This document shows positions 1-10,736 of a DNA stretch of 64,000 nt, piece after piece. The stretch is from Carpediemonas membranifera BICM. Lineage: Eukaryota; Protista; Fornicata. Positions within the stretch are counted from its first letter, which is position 1. Each line of letters begins with the position of its first letter. The notes under the pieces are model-generated. The model saw only the letters and a list, made by a program, of their open reading frames with translations. It had not been told where the DNA came from and searched no databases. The stretch covers positions 124,001-188,000 of the forward strand of contig JAHDYR010000020.1 in NCBI GenBank assembly GCA_019828565.1, in the 5' to 3' direction. Position numbers and translations under genes: made by a program.

Positions 1-882
1 ATATTTGCCATGGCCACCACTAGCGCAGGCCGACCCACATGGTGGGCGAGCACAAGAGTACGTGAACCGTTTACTAAGGCGACGATCTATCAAGTACTAG
101 TTGCTGTGTTTGAGCCAACAAGTGTGAGTGCTGAGGGTGGATTGAGTCAACTGAGTCGTAATCTTCGACGACTTCAGAAATTAAGGTTGGCAGTTTAAAA
201 ATAAAGATGGGCCAACCATCCTATATGAGCTTGTATCCTGATGCGATGGTGTGAGTTTCAGCCCACAATGATATCTATTCGTCAAGTTCGATGCCGGTCG
301 AAATCGAAGTTTGGGCCGACTCCAAACGCATACTTCCAGTGTGCGCCCGCTGGTAATGGCCCGGATCCAGATGTTAGAGAACTATACAAGCTTTATGGCA
401 GAGCGACAGCGGTTCGATGGTTGTAGTCGAGGTGACAGTATCGCTCAGCTTCGGACCCGCAGACTCGGAACGATTTCGAAAGTCAGGTGAACATGTCGCC
501 AACCAGATTGATGGCATGTATAGCTTCAGAATGGCATATGAATCGAGCATGCTCGCCCCATTTCGAGTGATCGAGCTCGGGGTGTGGGGTCTGTCTGTCT
601 GGAAATGTGGTCGACCCCCAAACCGCGATCTGGGTGTTCCAGGACTGCGCGCTCCTGGAATCAACAGGGCGAATAACACCCTGCGTATTCCAGTGGCGCG
701 CGGTTCTGGCGCACTTTACCCACCTCGCCCGCGACCCGACCTCGATGCACCGAACGCTCTGCCGCAAGAGTAACCACAGCTCATCGATCTAATGCATCAG
801 ATTCACATGACTCAACTTCATCAGGCGAATATTTATGCGTTGCCGGCATGTATCAGTTGTGATGAATCAGCACCAGCCTGCC

Positions 883-1509
883 TCACCACGACCTGGGGGG
901 CTCCGGGACAACCATGTTCCTCATCGGACTCCTGCTCTTGGGGTCGACCTTGAGGCCCTCTGTGACGTCCGTGTGGAAGCAGTGGCGGCAGACGGCGACG
1001 TACATGTCCGCACCGCCAATCACCTCGACGTCGGTGTCTGCCGTGATCCGTCTGGAGAAGGGCGCGTTCCTCCCGCAGATGTGGCAGACGGCGCTGAGCT
1101 TCGTGACATGCTCAGCCCGGGGAAGCAGGTCAATCACACGCGACGGGAAGGGGTCGCGGCGGAAGGTACCGTCCAGCGCGGCCACGATGACGTGTTTGCC
1201 GGCGTTGGCCATGTCGTCTGCGAACTGGACAATGTCGGGGAAGAACTGGCCCTCGTCGATGCCGATGACCTCGGCGTCAAGGGCTGCATCGAGGATTGAG
1301 AACAGATTGTCCGTCGGAATCGCCGGCAACTTGTGCCCTACATGCGTTGATACCTCATTGTTAGCTGTGTAGCGCGTATCCTTGGAGTATTTGATGACGA
1401 GGACCTTTCGTCCAGCTAGTTGCTGTCTGTCGCACAATCTAATCAGCTCTGTCGTCTTTCCACTGAACATTGGCCCGAATACGAGCGTTATTGACCCTCC
1501 GAAGTTCAT
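883..1509 (-). CDS. TK1: Thymidine kinase (TK1 family)
   Basis: P-loop GPMFSGKTTELIR, VIGIDEGQFF, ALDGTF, Zn CxxC...CRHC. The true ATG is probably 1509; the upstream part of the 431-aa ORF is transposon-derived. Confidence 0.95.
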   Translation of the reverse strand: MNFGGSITLVFGPMFSGKTTELIRLCDRQQLAGRKVLVIKYSKDTRYTANNEVSTHVGHKLPAIPTDNLFSILDAALDAEVIGIDEGQFFPDIVQFADDMANAGKHVIVAALDGTFRRDPFPSRVIDLLPRAEHVTKLSAVCHICGRNAPFSRRITADTDVEVIGGADMYVAVCRHCFHTDVTEGLKVDPKSRSPMRNMVVPEPPRSW

Positions 1510-1544
1510 GGATGGCGATTCCTTGTGATGGCGCAATTCGATCC

Positions 1545-2377
1545 TGTTGCGCAGTATAAACACATTTTTCGAACCTCCAAGACAGGGCCTGAAAGGAACG
1601 ATCAAAGTGCCAAACTGTACAATATCATCCGTCCGTAGACGAATGTTGGCGGTTAGCCAATTGATGATACTGGAATGAAGTTTGAAGACGTGGGATGTGC
1701 GACTGAACGGAGAGCCACTGAGCTCATCTTCCGTGGCAAGAGAACGCCACAGGATGTTCTCTGCAGCACTCTTGTCCCGATGATCAACATTCGGAGCATC
1801 AGGAATTGTTGCGCGCCACTGAGCACCACGGCACTGTCGATTTTCGCAGAGCATCACACGATGTGGGTGAACGTGCTGGTCATCACGCGGACGAACTCGC
1901 TTGTAGGTGGCGTGGCAGTGAGGGCAGACGACGGTGGTGCGATCCTCGTTAACCATGTTAAGATCGACGACAATGTTATACCCCTTGAGAAGGGAACTAT
2001 CTCTCTCGCGAACTTTCGATATGGCGCGCAAGGAATGAACATACCAGCAGGCGTGGTGAATCCCGAGCTCCCGTAGAAGACTTTCAGGCGAATGGGGGTG
2101 GCGATGGGATGGTGGCGACCGAACTCCCGAGCCAACTGTTGGCCGCAGCGGGCGAAGTGCTTCTGGCGAACTATACAAGTGTAGAGGTGAATTTAATGTG
2201 GAATAGAAGACAATGAGACGACGTGTGAGCGATTGTGATGTTTGCAGCTGTGCTGACGTCCACGAAGAAGACGCTTTGTGGAAGCCCTGGAGAAGACGAT
2301 CTCCCTACCGACTTAAGACGTGAGTAGGAGGGAGACAGGGCAGTGTTGCGCAGTATAAACACATTGTTCGACGTGCA
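1545..2377 (-). mobile_element. Non-autonomous Fanzor element family A, copy 1 (C-terminal Fanzor fragment, terminal direct repeats)
   Basis: Near-identical to 24905-25743 and 53311-54149. Encodes VNEDRTTVVCPHC...CENRQC...HRDKSAAENI (RuvC-II, Zn finger, RuvC-III). Direct repeats at 1545-1572 and 2344-2371; flanking duplication ATTCGATCC at 1536-1544 and 2377-2385. Confidence 0.88.
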
Positions 2378-3120
2378 TTCGATCCAACCGCGCAAAGCTG
2401 CACCGATTGAGCCAAAGCTGAGATGATAAGATTCTGCCATCTATCCCGTCCCGAACAAGGCCTACCTGCGCTATTTGGCTGAACACCGAGGATGGTGCCC
2501 GAGCACTGCGGTGCCGGTGTGGGTTGACACGGTGAGCGTACAAGCGGGCCCCACTCGTGCGGCCCTTCTGCGACACACCGGACAATGAAAATTTACGTGA
2601 ATAATAGTATCTAATGTAACTAAAGCTTGCTCACAGTCCACGGCACGGCTCACCTCCACCTGCGGCCCACAGTCAGCCTCACTTCCCCGGGAGACAGGCC
2701 CCTGGAGATAGAGGTCCCGGACGAGGGGATGAATGTGCTCTTGGACTCATACTGAAGGGGCGACGTCACCTCGGGGCCGGTGTCCGACAGGGAGGCAGAC
2801 AGTGGGGGCGCTGACTCGGGCTTAGGGGGCTGGACCGGGTTGGCCGTCTCCGGGGCCGGGCGAGCGAAGAATGTTTCGCCTTTCTGATCATTATGAAGTT
2901 CATGAACTCTTCTGCAAAGATTGCGGGGTCAATATCATTCTCAACCCGACGGTGTTCGATATGAACGAACCAAAATTCGCACCAAAAGGTGCAGACCAGT
3001 GGAGGCTTCCACGCGTGGATTTAGTAGTAGTGATGGCCTACCTTGGGGGTTTGGCAGGATAGTTGGTAGTGGCGACAGCTGTGAAGCCTGATCAGATCAT
3101 AAATAGAAAGAAAATTTAAA

Positions 3121-3888
3121 CTAGCATATGTCGTCTCTTGATGCGAACAGGTTCTCTACGAACTGCATCGCAGCCTGGTAGTTAGCCTTGGGGTCGAAGC
3201 TGGTCTGTTGAGCTTTGATGAAGCTGGCACAGGCGTTCCACGACCACCCGAGGGCCCTCTCATCGGCAGGCCAGGCCAGGTGCTTGTGGTCGCATAGGTC
3301 ACCCTCGATGACGTCAAGGTGCTTCTTGATTGAATCATTTGAGTAATCGTGGAAGTCCTTCTGGCCATCGTGGTTGAACTTGTCTGACTCGTCCACAAAC
3401 TTGGACAGCTTGCCCTCCTTCATGCCAGCATAGTTGGCGGCGTCGTACACCAGCGATGCGGCGACAGCAGGGGTGGGGAAGAAGTGGGTGTACCAGACCA
3501 ATGCCTGGAGCTGCAGCACGGCGTCCGTCGCCTTGGACACGTCATGGTAGTGGTGGTCCGCAATCGAGTGCTTGTGGTGAGCCACGGCGTCCTCGATGAG
3601 GTGGCAGCAATAGCCCAGAGCAAATGGCTCGGCCGGGAACCCGTGGTAGTCGGGGTGCTCGTGAGCGTAGGCCAGAAGCGCCAGGGCAAATTCGTCGCTG
3701 TGGTACGTCATATCGATCTTTTTGAAGGCATCGGGGACGGCGGCAGCGGCTATAAAGGCCGCACGCTCCTCAACGGTGCCAAAGACGTCGTCAAAGTCAG
3801 TTGTGATGTTATAACCGAGCATTTGGTGAGTTTCGTGAGACCAACAAAGCGTAATGGCGATAAAAAGACTGAAAAAGGCAAAGCGCAT
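3121..3888 (-). CDS. Secreted zinc-dependent phospholipase C / S1-P1-like protein
   Basis: Signal peptide, then mature N-terminal W-x-x-x-T-H; GYCCHLIEDAVAHH motif. Confidence 0.65.
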   Translation of the reverse strand: MRFAFFSLFIAITLCWSHETHQMLGYNITTDFDDVFGTVEERAAFIAAAAVPDAFKKIDMTYHSDEFALALLAYAHEHPDYHGFPAEPFALGYCCHLIEDAVAHHKHSIADHHYHDVSKATDAVLQLQALVWYTHFFPTPAVAASLVYDAANYAGMKEGKLSKFVDESDKFNHDGQKDFHDYSNDSIKKHLDVIEGDLCDHKHLAWPADERALGWSWNACASFIKAQQTSFDPKANYQAAMQFVENLFASRDDIC

Positions 3889-4117
3889 CGTTTGTGGTGT
3901 TGAGAGATGGTTGAACGATTGGATTTGGACAGAATCTAGTTGAATCTGACGATAATATTGCCGGCATGACCCAGCGCGAACACACACACACACCATTGGC
4001 GCTATTGCCGCGGCCTTGTCACCCGGCTACGCCCAATCCGCACAGGATCGATACCACATCCGCGATACGATTTCCACCCAGAAACTTGTGGACCGCCCAT
4101 TAAATCTCACAACAGAT

Positions 4118-4585
4118 TTATTCGGCAAGGCCAACCTTGTCCTTGACGGCCTCCGGGGTGGGGCGGGCATCGAGAGCCTTGCCAAGAGTGTCCTTGACCT
4201 GAGCCCGCTTCAGAGAGTCGGCGGCACCCTGCTGGTTGGCAGGGCCGGTCTTGAGGATGCCCTTATCGATCAGATCCTTCTTGTCCTGACGGATCTTGAG
4301 CTTGGTGTCGAGGGAGGCCTTGGCCTGCTCGACCTTGAGCTGCTCGGATTGGGCCTGCAGCTGAGGAGCGCCTGGCTTCAGAATTCCCTTCTCAAGGAGG
4401 TCCTTCTTGTCCTGACGAAGCTTAAGCTTGGTATCCAGCTGAGCCTTGGCGGTTTCGCGCTTCAACTCTTCGGATTTGGCTTGAAGAGTCGCGGGGCCGG
4501 TCTTCAAAATGCCACGCTCAACAAGATCCTTCCGCTCTTGGCGAACCTTAAGCTTGCTATCCAGTTGGGTCTTTGCTTCCTCCAT
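4118..4585 (-). CDS. RPEL-repeat (actin-binding) protein
   Basis: Three to four ~40-aa repeats LDxKLKxRQxKKDLxExGILK. Confidence 0.8.
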   Translation of the reverse strand: MEEAKTQLDSKLKVRQERKDLVERGILKTGPATLQAKSEELKRETAKAQLDTKLKLRQDKKDLLEKGILKPGAPQLQAQSEQLKVEQAKASLDTKLKIRQDKKDLIDKGILKTGPANQQGAADSLKRAQVKDTLGKALDARPTPEAVKDKVGLAE

Positions 4586-5193
4586 GTTGTCAAAAATGTC
4601 TCGGTTTGTGGTGTTGTGTTGTCAAGGAAAAAAAGATGCGGATTTTTTTTAGCATTGCGAGACGTCGAGCATGATTGAGGCCACCGCGGCCGCGACGCTG
4701 ACATATGTGGATCTGAAGGAAATCTTGACAGATTCAAAAATTCTCCGGTCGACCAGATACGATCAGTTCACCTTCGAGCCTTGGGATGATCCGGAAAGGC
4801 TTTAAAAAACTATGATCCTATTAACACCCCTATCGCGACTTCTGCTCCGGCGACCTAATGTCGCCGGTCATAGGCATCCCCAAGAACGATGGGATGGCCA
4901 TCTTGACAATGAGGACGAACCAGTAGAGGTGGAGCACGAGCAGGGTGCAGAGGAAGAGGATGCAGCCGGGCCTCATTCATGTAGTTCTCGTCGCCCGGGT
5001 GCAGGGCGGGGTGACCCTTGAACTCTGCGGCAACGGAGGGTGAGTGCAGGATATAGTTGAAGACGCAGAAGCATGAGTCAGCCACTTGATATTCATACCG
5101 TCCGGTGAATGCCCTGACTGCCACATCTTTCAGTTGCCCTGGTACAAAGCTGGGAGCGACCATTCTCAAACCATCCATCACATTCTTTACCTC

Positions 5194-5728
5194 TTAGGCC
5201 TGGGGCTGCTGGATGCCGCGCAAAACCTGCGCATCGACCACGAGCATGCCGTGCTCGTTTTGGCCGACCATCTCGAGAGTTTCGATGATGTTTCTGTGTG
5301 AGGGGCCGTGGAGGTACAAACCTGGTCTCGTTCATCTCGTTCACCTGTCCCTCGAGAAGGCTCTGGAGGGCAAACTGGGTGACGAAGTCCTTCTCCTTGT
5401 TGGCGAGCACGTAGAGGGCCTGGATGCTCTCGGTCGTCTTCTCCTCGAGCTCCAAGGCCAGCTTCATACACTGCATGGGGGATGTCAGCTTGAGGTCGGG
5501 GGCCTTGATGTCGGTGAAGACGGGGGTAGCGCCGCGCTTGATCAGATAGTCGTACCAGCGCTTGGCGTGGTTCAGCTCGTCTTCAGCCTGCTGGTGAAGC
5601 CAGGAAGAGAAGCCGGGAAGAGGCTTGGAGTCGAAGAATGAGGCGAGCTGCAGGTACGTGAACCAGTTCTGCATTTCCATATGGAACCGGTTGTTGATTT
5701 CAGCGGCAATCGTGGCGGAGAGCTTCAT
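5194..5728 (-). CDS. Ferritin, bacterial FtnA-like; intron 5294-5321
   Basis: Ferritin helices and ferroxidase-like residues (E...Y, AEDELNHA, ELE...T, Q..E); a 28-nt GTTTGT...CTCACACAG intron restores the C-terminus. Confidence 0.85.
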
Positions 5729-5904
5729 ATTCCTGGATGTTTGCTCGATGGTTGTAGTTGTGACAGAAAAAAAGAAGTACTATGACATGTTGAAACCATA
5801 CATGGCAAAAAGATAGATCCTGACATGCCGTAGCGTGTCAAACGAGATTATGACATTGGCTAGAAATCGCAGTTTAGCCCATATTCAACGTCTACCGGTG
5901 TCAG

Positions 5905-5986
5905 GTGGGGGCTGCTTCGGCGGCTGTCTAACCAGACAACGAATCACCTCATGCCGCGCGGGGCGCGGTTTTGCTGCTGTTTACGA
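5905..5986 (+). repeat. ~82-bp structured repeat (second copy at 52294-52375), candidate stand-alone omegaRNA-like ncRNA
   Basis: GCTGC-TTCG-GCGGC hairpin, TGTCT-AACC-AGACA hairpin and downstream GGTT; the two copies are ~85-90% similar by eye. Confidence 0.6.
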
Positions 5987-6192
5987 ATTTATCCGTGAGT
6001 TGTTTGTGAGCGTAAATAAATAGAGTTTAGCCCGTGTGGCAATCAGCCACATCAGATGCCGGACGGCCTGTGGACGCAGACTCAGAGCCGGTGTAGTAGA
6101 GCCCTGCTGCACTAAGACGTACAGTGGGAGAAATAACTAGGATCTATCGAGAGCAGGGGCCATGTCCGGACAGTACAGGCGGAGACTGAGAC

Positions 6193-7137
6193 TCACCCCT
6201 TTCGCTGCTGCATCTGCCGCATGTACTGCTGCTGCTGCATCTGCTGCTGGCTCATAGTCCGCTGCATCTGCATCTGACTGTTGGGCGGTCGGATTGGCGC
6301 CAGGCTGGCCGCCGTGTGGATGGCCGGTCGACCGGGGGCCACGGGAACGGCGTCCTCGCTGGCAGGCTTAGCAATCAGACGCCTAATGGGGCCGGCGGGC
6401 ACGTACTGTCTGTCAGATTGCCGCACGGCGAGCAGCAAGTCGGCTGCAGTCAGCAGGCCCCGGCCTTCGGATTCGTGCCGCCGCCTCATCGGCATCTGCA
6501 CGGGATCCGCCGTGAACGACTTCAGCTCGTCGTTGTTTTTGCGTGCAGCTTGGAGAAAGGTCGCAGCCTCTTGGTTGCAGGAGAGATAGGCGTTGTGATA
6601 CGACTGGGCGCGCGGGTCGTTCTGCATCTTGAAGTTGTTAACATGGCTCTGGTATATGGCTGCGGCGCCCCTCTTCTGCTGGTACTGCCGGTAGTTGAGG
6701 TCCCGCGACAGGCGGATCGTGTCGACCTTCGCGCTGTCGTCAATGCGGACCTGGTGCGAGGGAACGTCCTCAGGCTCTGCAGGTGGCTCGTCGGAAATTG
6801 CCTCCTGCTCCATCGCCTCGCTCTCAAGCCGGGCGTTTCTGATTGCGACGGCATTATCGATGATGTCGCTGAGATAGACGACAAGATTACGGCGGATCAG
6901 CCCCGGGAAATTCTGATCACTGACACGTGTTGTTCTATCCATGGTTTTCCTGATCGTGTTGAGGACGGGATCCCTCGTTATCAAGTCTGTGAGCGTTGGA
7001 AGGTGTAATGTTCGCTGTAGCTGAGCCTGTTGCTGCTGAATTGCCTGCATGTATTGCATCTGCTGCTGTGGCGTCATTTGTTGCGGATTCATGACCTTTC
7101 TAGACCTGCTCAGCGCTTTTGGCATAAAGTGCACCAT
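6193..7137 (-). CDS. TAF4-like histone-fold protein with Q-rich ends (start may be 7092)
   Basis: LVVYLSDIIDNAVAIRNAR and LTAADLLLAV resemble TAF4 histone-fold and C-terminal helices. Confidence 0.5.
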   Translation of the reverse strand: MVHFMPKALSRSRKVMNPQQMTPQQQMQYMQAIQQQQAQLQRTLHLPTLTDLITRDPVLNTIRKTMDRTTRVSDQNFPGLIRRNLVVYLSDIIDNAVAIRNARLESEAMEQEAISDEPPAEPEDVPSHQVRIDDSAKVDTIRLSRDLNYRQYQQKRGAAAIYQSHVNNFKMQNDPRAQSYHNAYLSCNQEAATFLQAARKNNDELKSFTADPVQMPMRRRHESEGRGLLTAADLLLAVRQSDRQYVPAGPIRRLIAKPASEDAVPVAPGRPAIHTAASLAPIRPPNSQMQMQRTMSQQQMQQQQYMRQMQQRKG

Positions 7138-7140
7138 TTT

Positions 7141-7485
7141 TGTGTTTGTTTATTTTCATCAATCAGTGCTTCTCCAGTCCTCTCGCCAAGGTGTCAAGGT
7201 GCTCCATGGTACAGACAGCAACGCCTCAATTCCGATCCTACCACCACTTGGCTCAATCTCTCCCACAGAGACAAGACTGCTGCACAGAACATCTTGGATT
7301 GCGGCCTCATGACGGATGCACAGCATCAAGCCAGTGCTTTCAGAAATCCAAGACCTCCAGCCCGTCTTCCCAACTATAACCCCAATACACCAATTATGGC
7401 TAACCAGCCGCTTGTCTTCGCCTCCGGGCAAGCTAATTGAAGTGGAGAGACGCAGTGCTTGCACTGTGCACTCTATGATACTTCA
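7141..7485 (+). mobile_element. Fanzor element family C relic (C-terminal fragment plus 3' structured end)
   Basis: RCQGAPW...HRDKTAAQNIL (RuvC-III). TG...CA ends with imperfect flanking duplication ATTTT/ATTTA. The last 30 bp are identical to 34222-34251. Confidence 0.7.
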
Positions 7486-7616
7486 ATTTAAGAAGCACCA
7501 TCAAGGCTTTGTTGTGCTTTTATGACCACGGCTGACATAATGTAGCATACACACCAGTAATCATCCATCAACCAATGCGTCAGACGTTTTACAAACACAA
7601 GCCAGACCCCGGCGCC

Positions 7617-9710
7617 CTACTCCCAATCTCCAACGCCGAACATCATGGCCACCTCGCCTGGATCGAGCCTCTCGCTGTCGAGCAGCATCCTCAGCCGGCC
7701 CTCGTATCCGGCCCCGCCCCTCAGGGCAACGAGCGCCGAGTATTGCCGGATGAGGTTGTCCTTCAGCGGGGCCAGGTCGACCGCGGGGGCCGTCTCCGTG
7801 AGCTCCGGGGGGATGGGCTCGTCGTCCTCGTCGGCAAACGCGGTAAGCTGGGCAGCGATGTTCGCTATCGTGGTTTGGCGTTGGGCCGCGGCCTCTCTCT
7901 CGAGCGGGGCGAGGCTCAGCTTGAGGGCGGACACCACGCCGACAGGCCCGACCTGCACGTCCTGGTCGACCTCGGTGTCCAACTCAGACAGCTTCAGAGT
8001 CAAATACGATGCAATAAACTGCACTGCAGCTATATCTGACGACATTACGGAAAAGCTGCCGTTCGACACAACAAGGGTGAGGATCGCACCAGTTGACCTG
8101 TGGCGGTAGTTAAACGTGGCCGAGTCAGCATGCGCCTTGGGCGGCTCCGGGAAGACAGACCCGAGCAGGGGGCAGATCAGAAGAATGTTGACCTCGGCGC
8201 CGGTGAGCGTCACGCGAGTACCACCAAGGGAAGGCTCGTCTGAGGCGTAGCGTTCGTAGCTGTGCAGAGGGCAGACGTCGACTCGGCTGACTGCGCACAG
8301 ACTGCTCGTTGGGAAGAACGACGACAGCGTGAAGAGTCCGCCGACGCCCTCGGTCAGCCCAATCGTAATCGTCGCAGAGGTTGACGCTTGCTGGAACAGG
8401 AGCCGTGCTACCTCAGCCGAGTCTGCGGTGGCAGGGCTTGACATAATCACAGATTCAGGAGTGGATCTAATGATGTGCCATCCTGATTCTGGACATGAAA
8501 CTAATACGGAAGCCATCGGACTGACAGATGAAATCTGGATCTCTATCGCGTTCGCGACATACGAGGTCGAAACCTGCACAGTCGGTAGAGTCACTAGGGA
8601 GCTTGACCCGGCGTCCTTCTTCGCAACCTTGCCTCGGAGCTTCGCCTCCTCGGCTGTAAGCTTCTGTATAGTCGCCCGAAGTCCTTTGATGCGGTCTGCC
8701 CGGTGCGTTGACGATGTCACGGCATGCTCGGGGCCGACCTCGTTGTCATCGAACGTGTAGGCTGCCGACTCGGTGAAATAAAGCACGGAAACTTGGCCAG
8801 CATCTGTCACTACGAGGACGGTCGGGCTAGTGTCCATGGGGAGAAGATCTGACACAAATCTGACCCGTATGACTCCGTTGAGTCGCCGGTGGAACATGAC
8901 TCGGCCCTTGAGGTCGACAGCAATCAAACTGTCCACTGTGGCAATCAGAGTGTATTCCGGAGTGCCGGAAGTTGCCGGGCAGACTGCGATGTGTCTTCCC
9001 TGTGCAGCTTCGGGCAGCGAGATGACGCTGAGGGACCCGTCGTCAGGGTCGACGTGGACGATCTCCCCGGTGCAAAGGATGGCCAGTCTGCCCGTGTCTT
9101 CGCAGATGCCAACAGCGAGACCGTTGCTTGGCAGGGACTCGACTCGGATCAAGTCGCCTCTGATTGAGATAATCTTAAACTCAGTTGCTGTGAGGTATAA
9201 AATCTGACCTTGTGCGAGCATTGGGATGACATCGATGATCGTGTGGGTGGACACAAGCTTGTTGAGCACCTGCCCGTCGTGATCGAGGAGTACTACCATC
9301 AGCTCCGTGATGGTGACGATAGTTTCATCCACAACGACCAGACCGGTGATCGGTTCGATAAACGAGGAGTGAATCTCATCGGATATGCGGCCGCTGGATA
9401 GAACGTGGTATACTGAGTGGCCGATGGCGACGTAGGCGGAAGAGGTGTCGATCTTGCCGTCAGAGTATGAGAAGCATGCGGCTGTGATCGGTTCAGTGAG
9501 AATCACATCTGGCGCAGTCCATTCCCACTCTATAGTTGCCCCCTTGGTCGTATCACGCCAACACTTCACCTGGTTACGCCCAGATGTGGTCAGAACGAAG
9601 CGCCCCTTCTTATTTGAGCCCCCGGATGGAAGGCTGGGGCCAACATCGATACTACATTGGTGCATTAGATCTAGCGATATAATAGTGTCCACATTGGTCT
9701 GAAAAGACAT
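7617..9710 (-). CDS. BBS7: BBSome subunit BBS7-like
   Basis: Propeller, coiled coil and GAE/platform organisation; VCPLHSYER...VTLTG...FPEPP...TFNYR resembles BBS7. Confidence 0.7.
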   Translation of the reverse strand: MSFQTNVDTIISLDLMHQCSIDVGPSLPSGGSNKKGRFVLTTSGRNQVKCWRDTTKGATIEWEWTAPDVILTEPITAACFSYSDGKIDTSSAYVAIGHSVYHVLSSGRISDEIHSSFIEPITGLVVVDETIVTITELMVVLLDHDGQVLNKLVSTHTIIDVIPMLAQGQILYLTATEFKIISIRGDLIRVESLPSNGLAVGICEDTGRLAILCTGEIVHVDPDDGSLSVISLPEAAQGRHIAVCPATSGTPEYTLIATVDSLIAVDLKGRVMFHRRLNGVIRVRFVSDLLPMDTSPTVLVVTDAGQVSVLYFTESAAYTFDDNEVGPEHAVTSSTHRADRIKGLRATIQKLTAEEAKLRGKVAKKDAGSSSLVTLPTVQVSTSYVANAIEIQISSVSPMASVLVSCPESGWHIIRSTPESVIMSSPATADSAEVARLLFQQASTSATITIGLTEGVGGLFTLSSFFPTSSLCAVSRVDVCPLHSYERYASDEPSLGGTRVTLTGAEVNILLICPLLGSVFPEPPKAHADSATFNYRHRSTGAILTLVVSNGSFSVMSSDIAAVQFIASYLTLKLSELDTEVDQDVQVGPVGVVSALKLSLAPLEREAAAQRQTTIANIAAQLTAFADEDDEPIPPELTETAPAVDLAPLKDNLIRQYSALVALRGGAGYEGRLRMLLDSERLDPGEVAMMFGVGDWE

Positions 9711-9766
9711 CCCTTGCCTCCGCTTTCGTCAAAAAGGCAATGTGCAGTTTAACAAAAAAAATACTC

Positions 9767-9810
9767 GGTGCTCTCAAGGGTCAGTCAAGTGTTTAATACT
9801 GCGAAATACA
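9767..9810 (+). repeat. Diverged solo copy of family A terminal repeat
   Basis: GGTGCTCTCAAGGGTCAGTCAAGTGTTTAATACTGCGAAATACA resembles (T/G)GTGC..TGAAGGGTCGAACAATGTGTTTATACTGCGCAACA; no TSD seen. Confidence 0.5.
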
Positions 9811-9818
9811 GTTGTCTC

Positions 9819-10736
9819 TCACTTACCCTTCGACAAACTAGTCCAGAACTGCTCGAGCTTCTTACTCTTCCCTCCCTTCATCGCCGGCTTGGGGGACGTC
9901 GTCTCCGACCCGGTCTTCGCCGCTGCCGAGGCTGGACCAAGCTGGGAGGCGAGATCCTTAGCGAACTGCTCTTCCGATCTCACGCGCGACTCCTGGCCGG
10001 CCACGACCTTCGACACAGACGGGGCGGGGATCTTGGCTGTCGCTAGTGACCCCAGTTTCGCGGTCATGTCAGCAAGTGCCGTGCGCTTGTCCAGGCCGGG
10101 CGGACAGAACAACGCCTCTGCTCCCCGCACGTTAATCTGCGGCCTCTTGAAAACGCCAGAAACGGCCGCCTCTATGATTGGGCGGACAGTGGGTCCGTGG
10201 GCGACCATGCCGACGCCCCGCTCAATACAGAAGGAGCGGATGGAGTGGACGACCATGTCATTGATCTCTGCGAAAGTTTCTGCGTCGCACGAGGACAACA
10301 TCGCCTCATACTCGGTGGGGATGGAGAACTGCGCAGTCTTAAGCGCGGCAAGCCTATCACCGCCAGTCACCAGCACGAATGCTTCCTTTGAGCCACTAGC
10401 CCCGGCCCATGTCGACGGCGCATCGTCCGTGGACACCCGAGCAAGGTCGAGGGTCGGCCCAAGCTTGATCAGCGCCTCCTGGACAGACCAGGGCCTTGCG
10501 GCGTTGACCACGCCAAACACGACGGCCGGCTTGCCGATGACCGCGGGTATGTCCACGGTCGGATGGGTTGGGTCGACGCTTACGGCCCAAAGAACTACGG
10601 AGGAGAGGCCTGGGATCGAACGGATGATCACTGGAGCACTCACAGTGGTTGTTGATGTACCACTGAGCTTCTGAAAGTCTGTAGATTCTGAATTAGAAGA
10701 AGAGGGGAAGGAACGAACTCTCTTCAGACAGCTCAT
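9819..10736 (-). CDS. Hypothetical protein (C-terminal PIP-box-like KKLEQFW)
   Basis: 305-aa ORF in the host orientation. Confidence 0.6.
   Translation of the reverse strand: MSCLKRVRSFPSSSNSESTDFQKLSGTSTTTVSAPVIIRSIPGLSSVVLWAVSVDPTHPTVDIPAVIGKPAVVFGVVNAARPWSVQEALIKLGPTLDLARVSTDDAPSTWAGASGSKEAFVLVTGGDRLAALKTAQFSIPTEYEAMLSSCDAETFAEINDMVVHSIRSFCIERGVGMVAHGPTVRPIIEAAVSGVFKRPQINVRGAEALFCPPGLDKRTALADMTAKLGSLATAKIPAPSVSKVVAGQESRVRSEEQFAKDLASQLGPASAAAKTGSETTSPKPAMKGGKSKKLEQFWTSLSKGK

Noticed and set aside
1-830. Short ORFs at the window start
   Set aside because: No recognisable motifs; left unassigned
1510-2178. Genuine N-terminal extension of thymidine kinase
   Set aside because: It is a repeated insertion with a flanking duplication
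1545-2371. CRISPR array from the 28-bp direct repeats
   Set aside because: Only two repeats ~800 bp apart, eukaryotic context, no cas genes; they are element termini
2400-3100. Possible gene remnant between TK and the PLC-like gene
   Set aside because: No sustained frame or motif that I can support
4855-5181. 108-aa minus-strand ORF below ferritin
   Set aside because: No recognisable family; may be UTR or a fragment
5905-5986. U6 snRNA (GCTTCGGC 5' hairpin)
   Set aside because: No ACAGAGA box or AGC triad context
9742-10674. Long plus-strand ORFs (also 26003, 29337, 33405, 49702, 63172)
   Set aside because: Antisense shadows of GC-rich minus-strand genes
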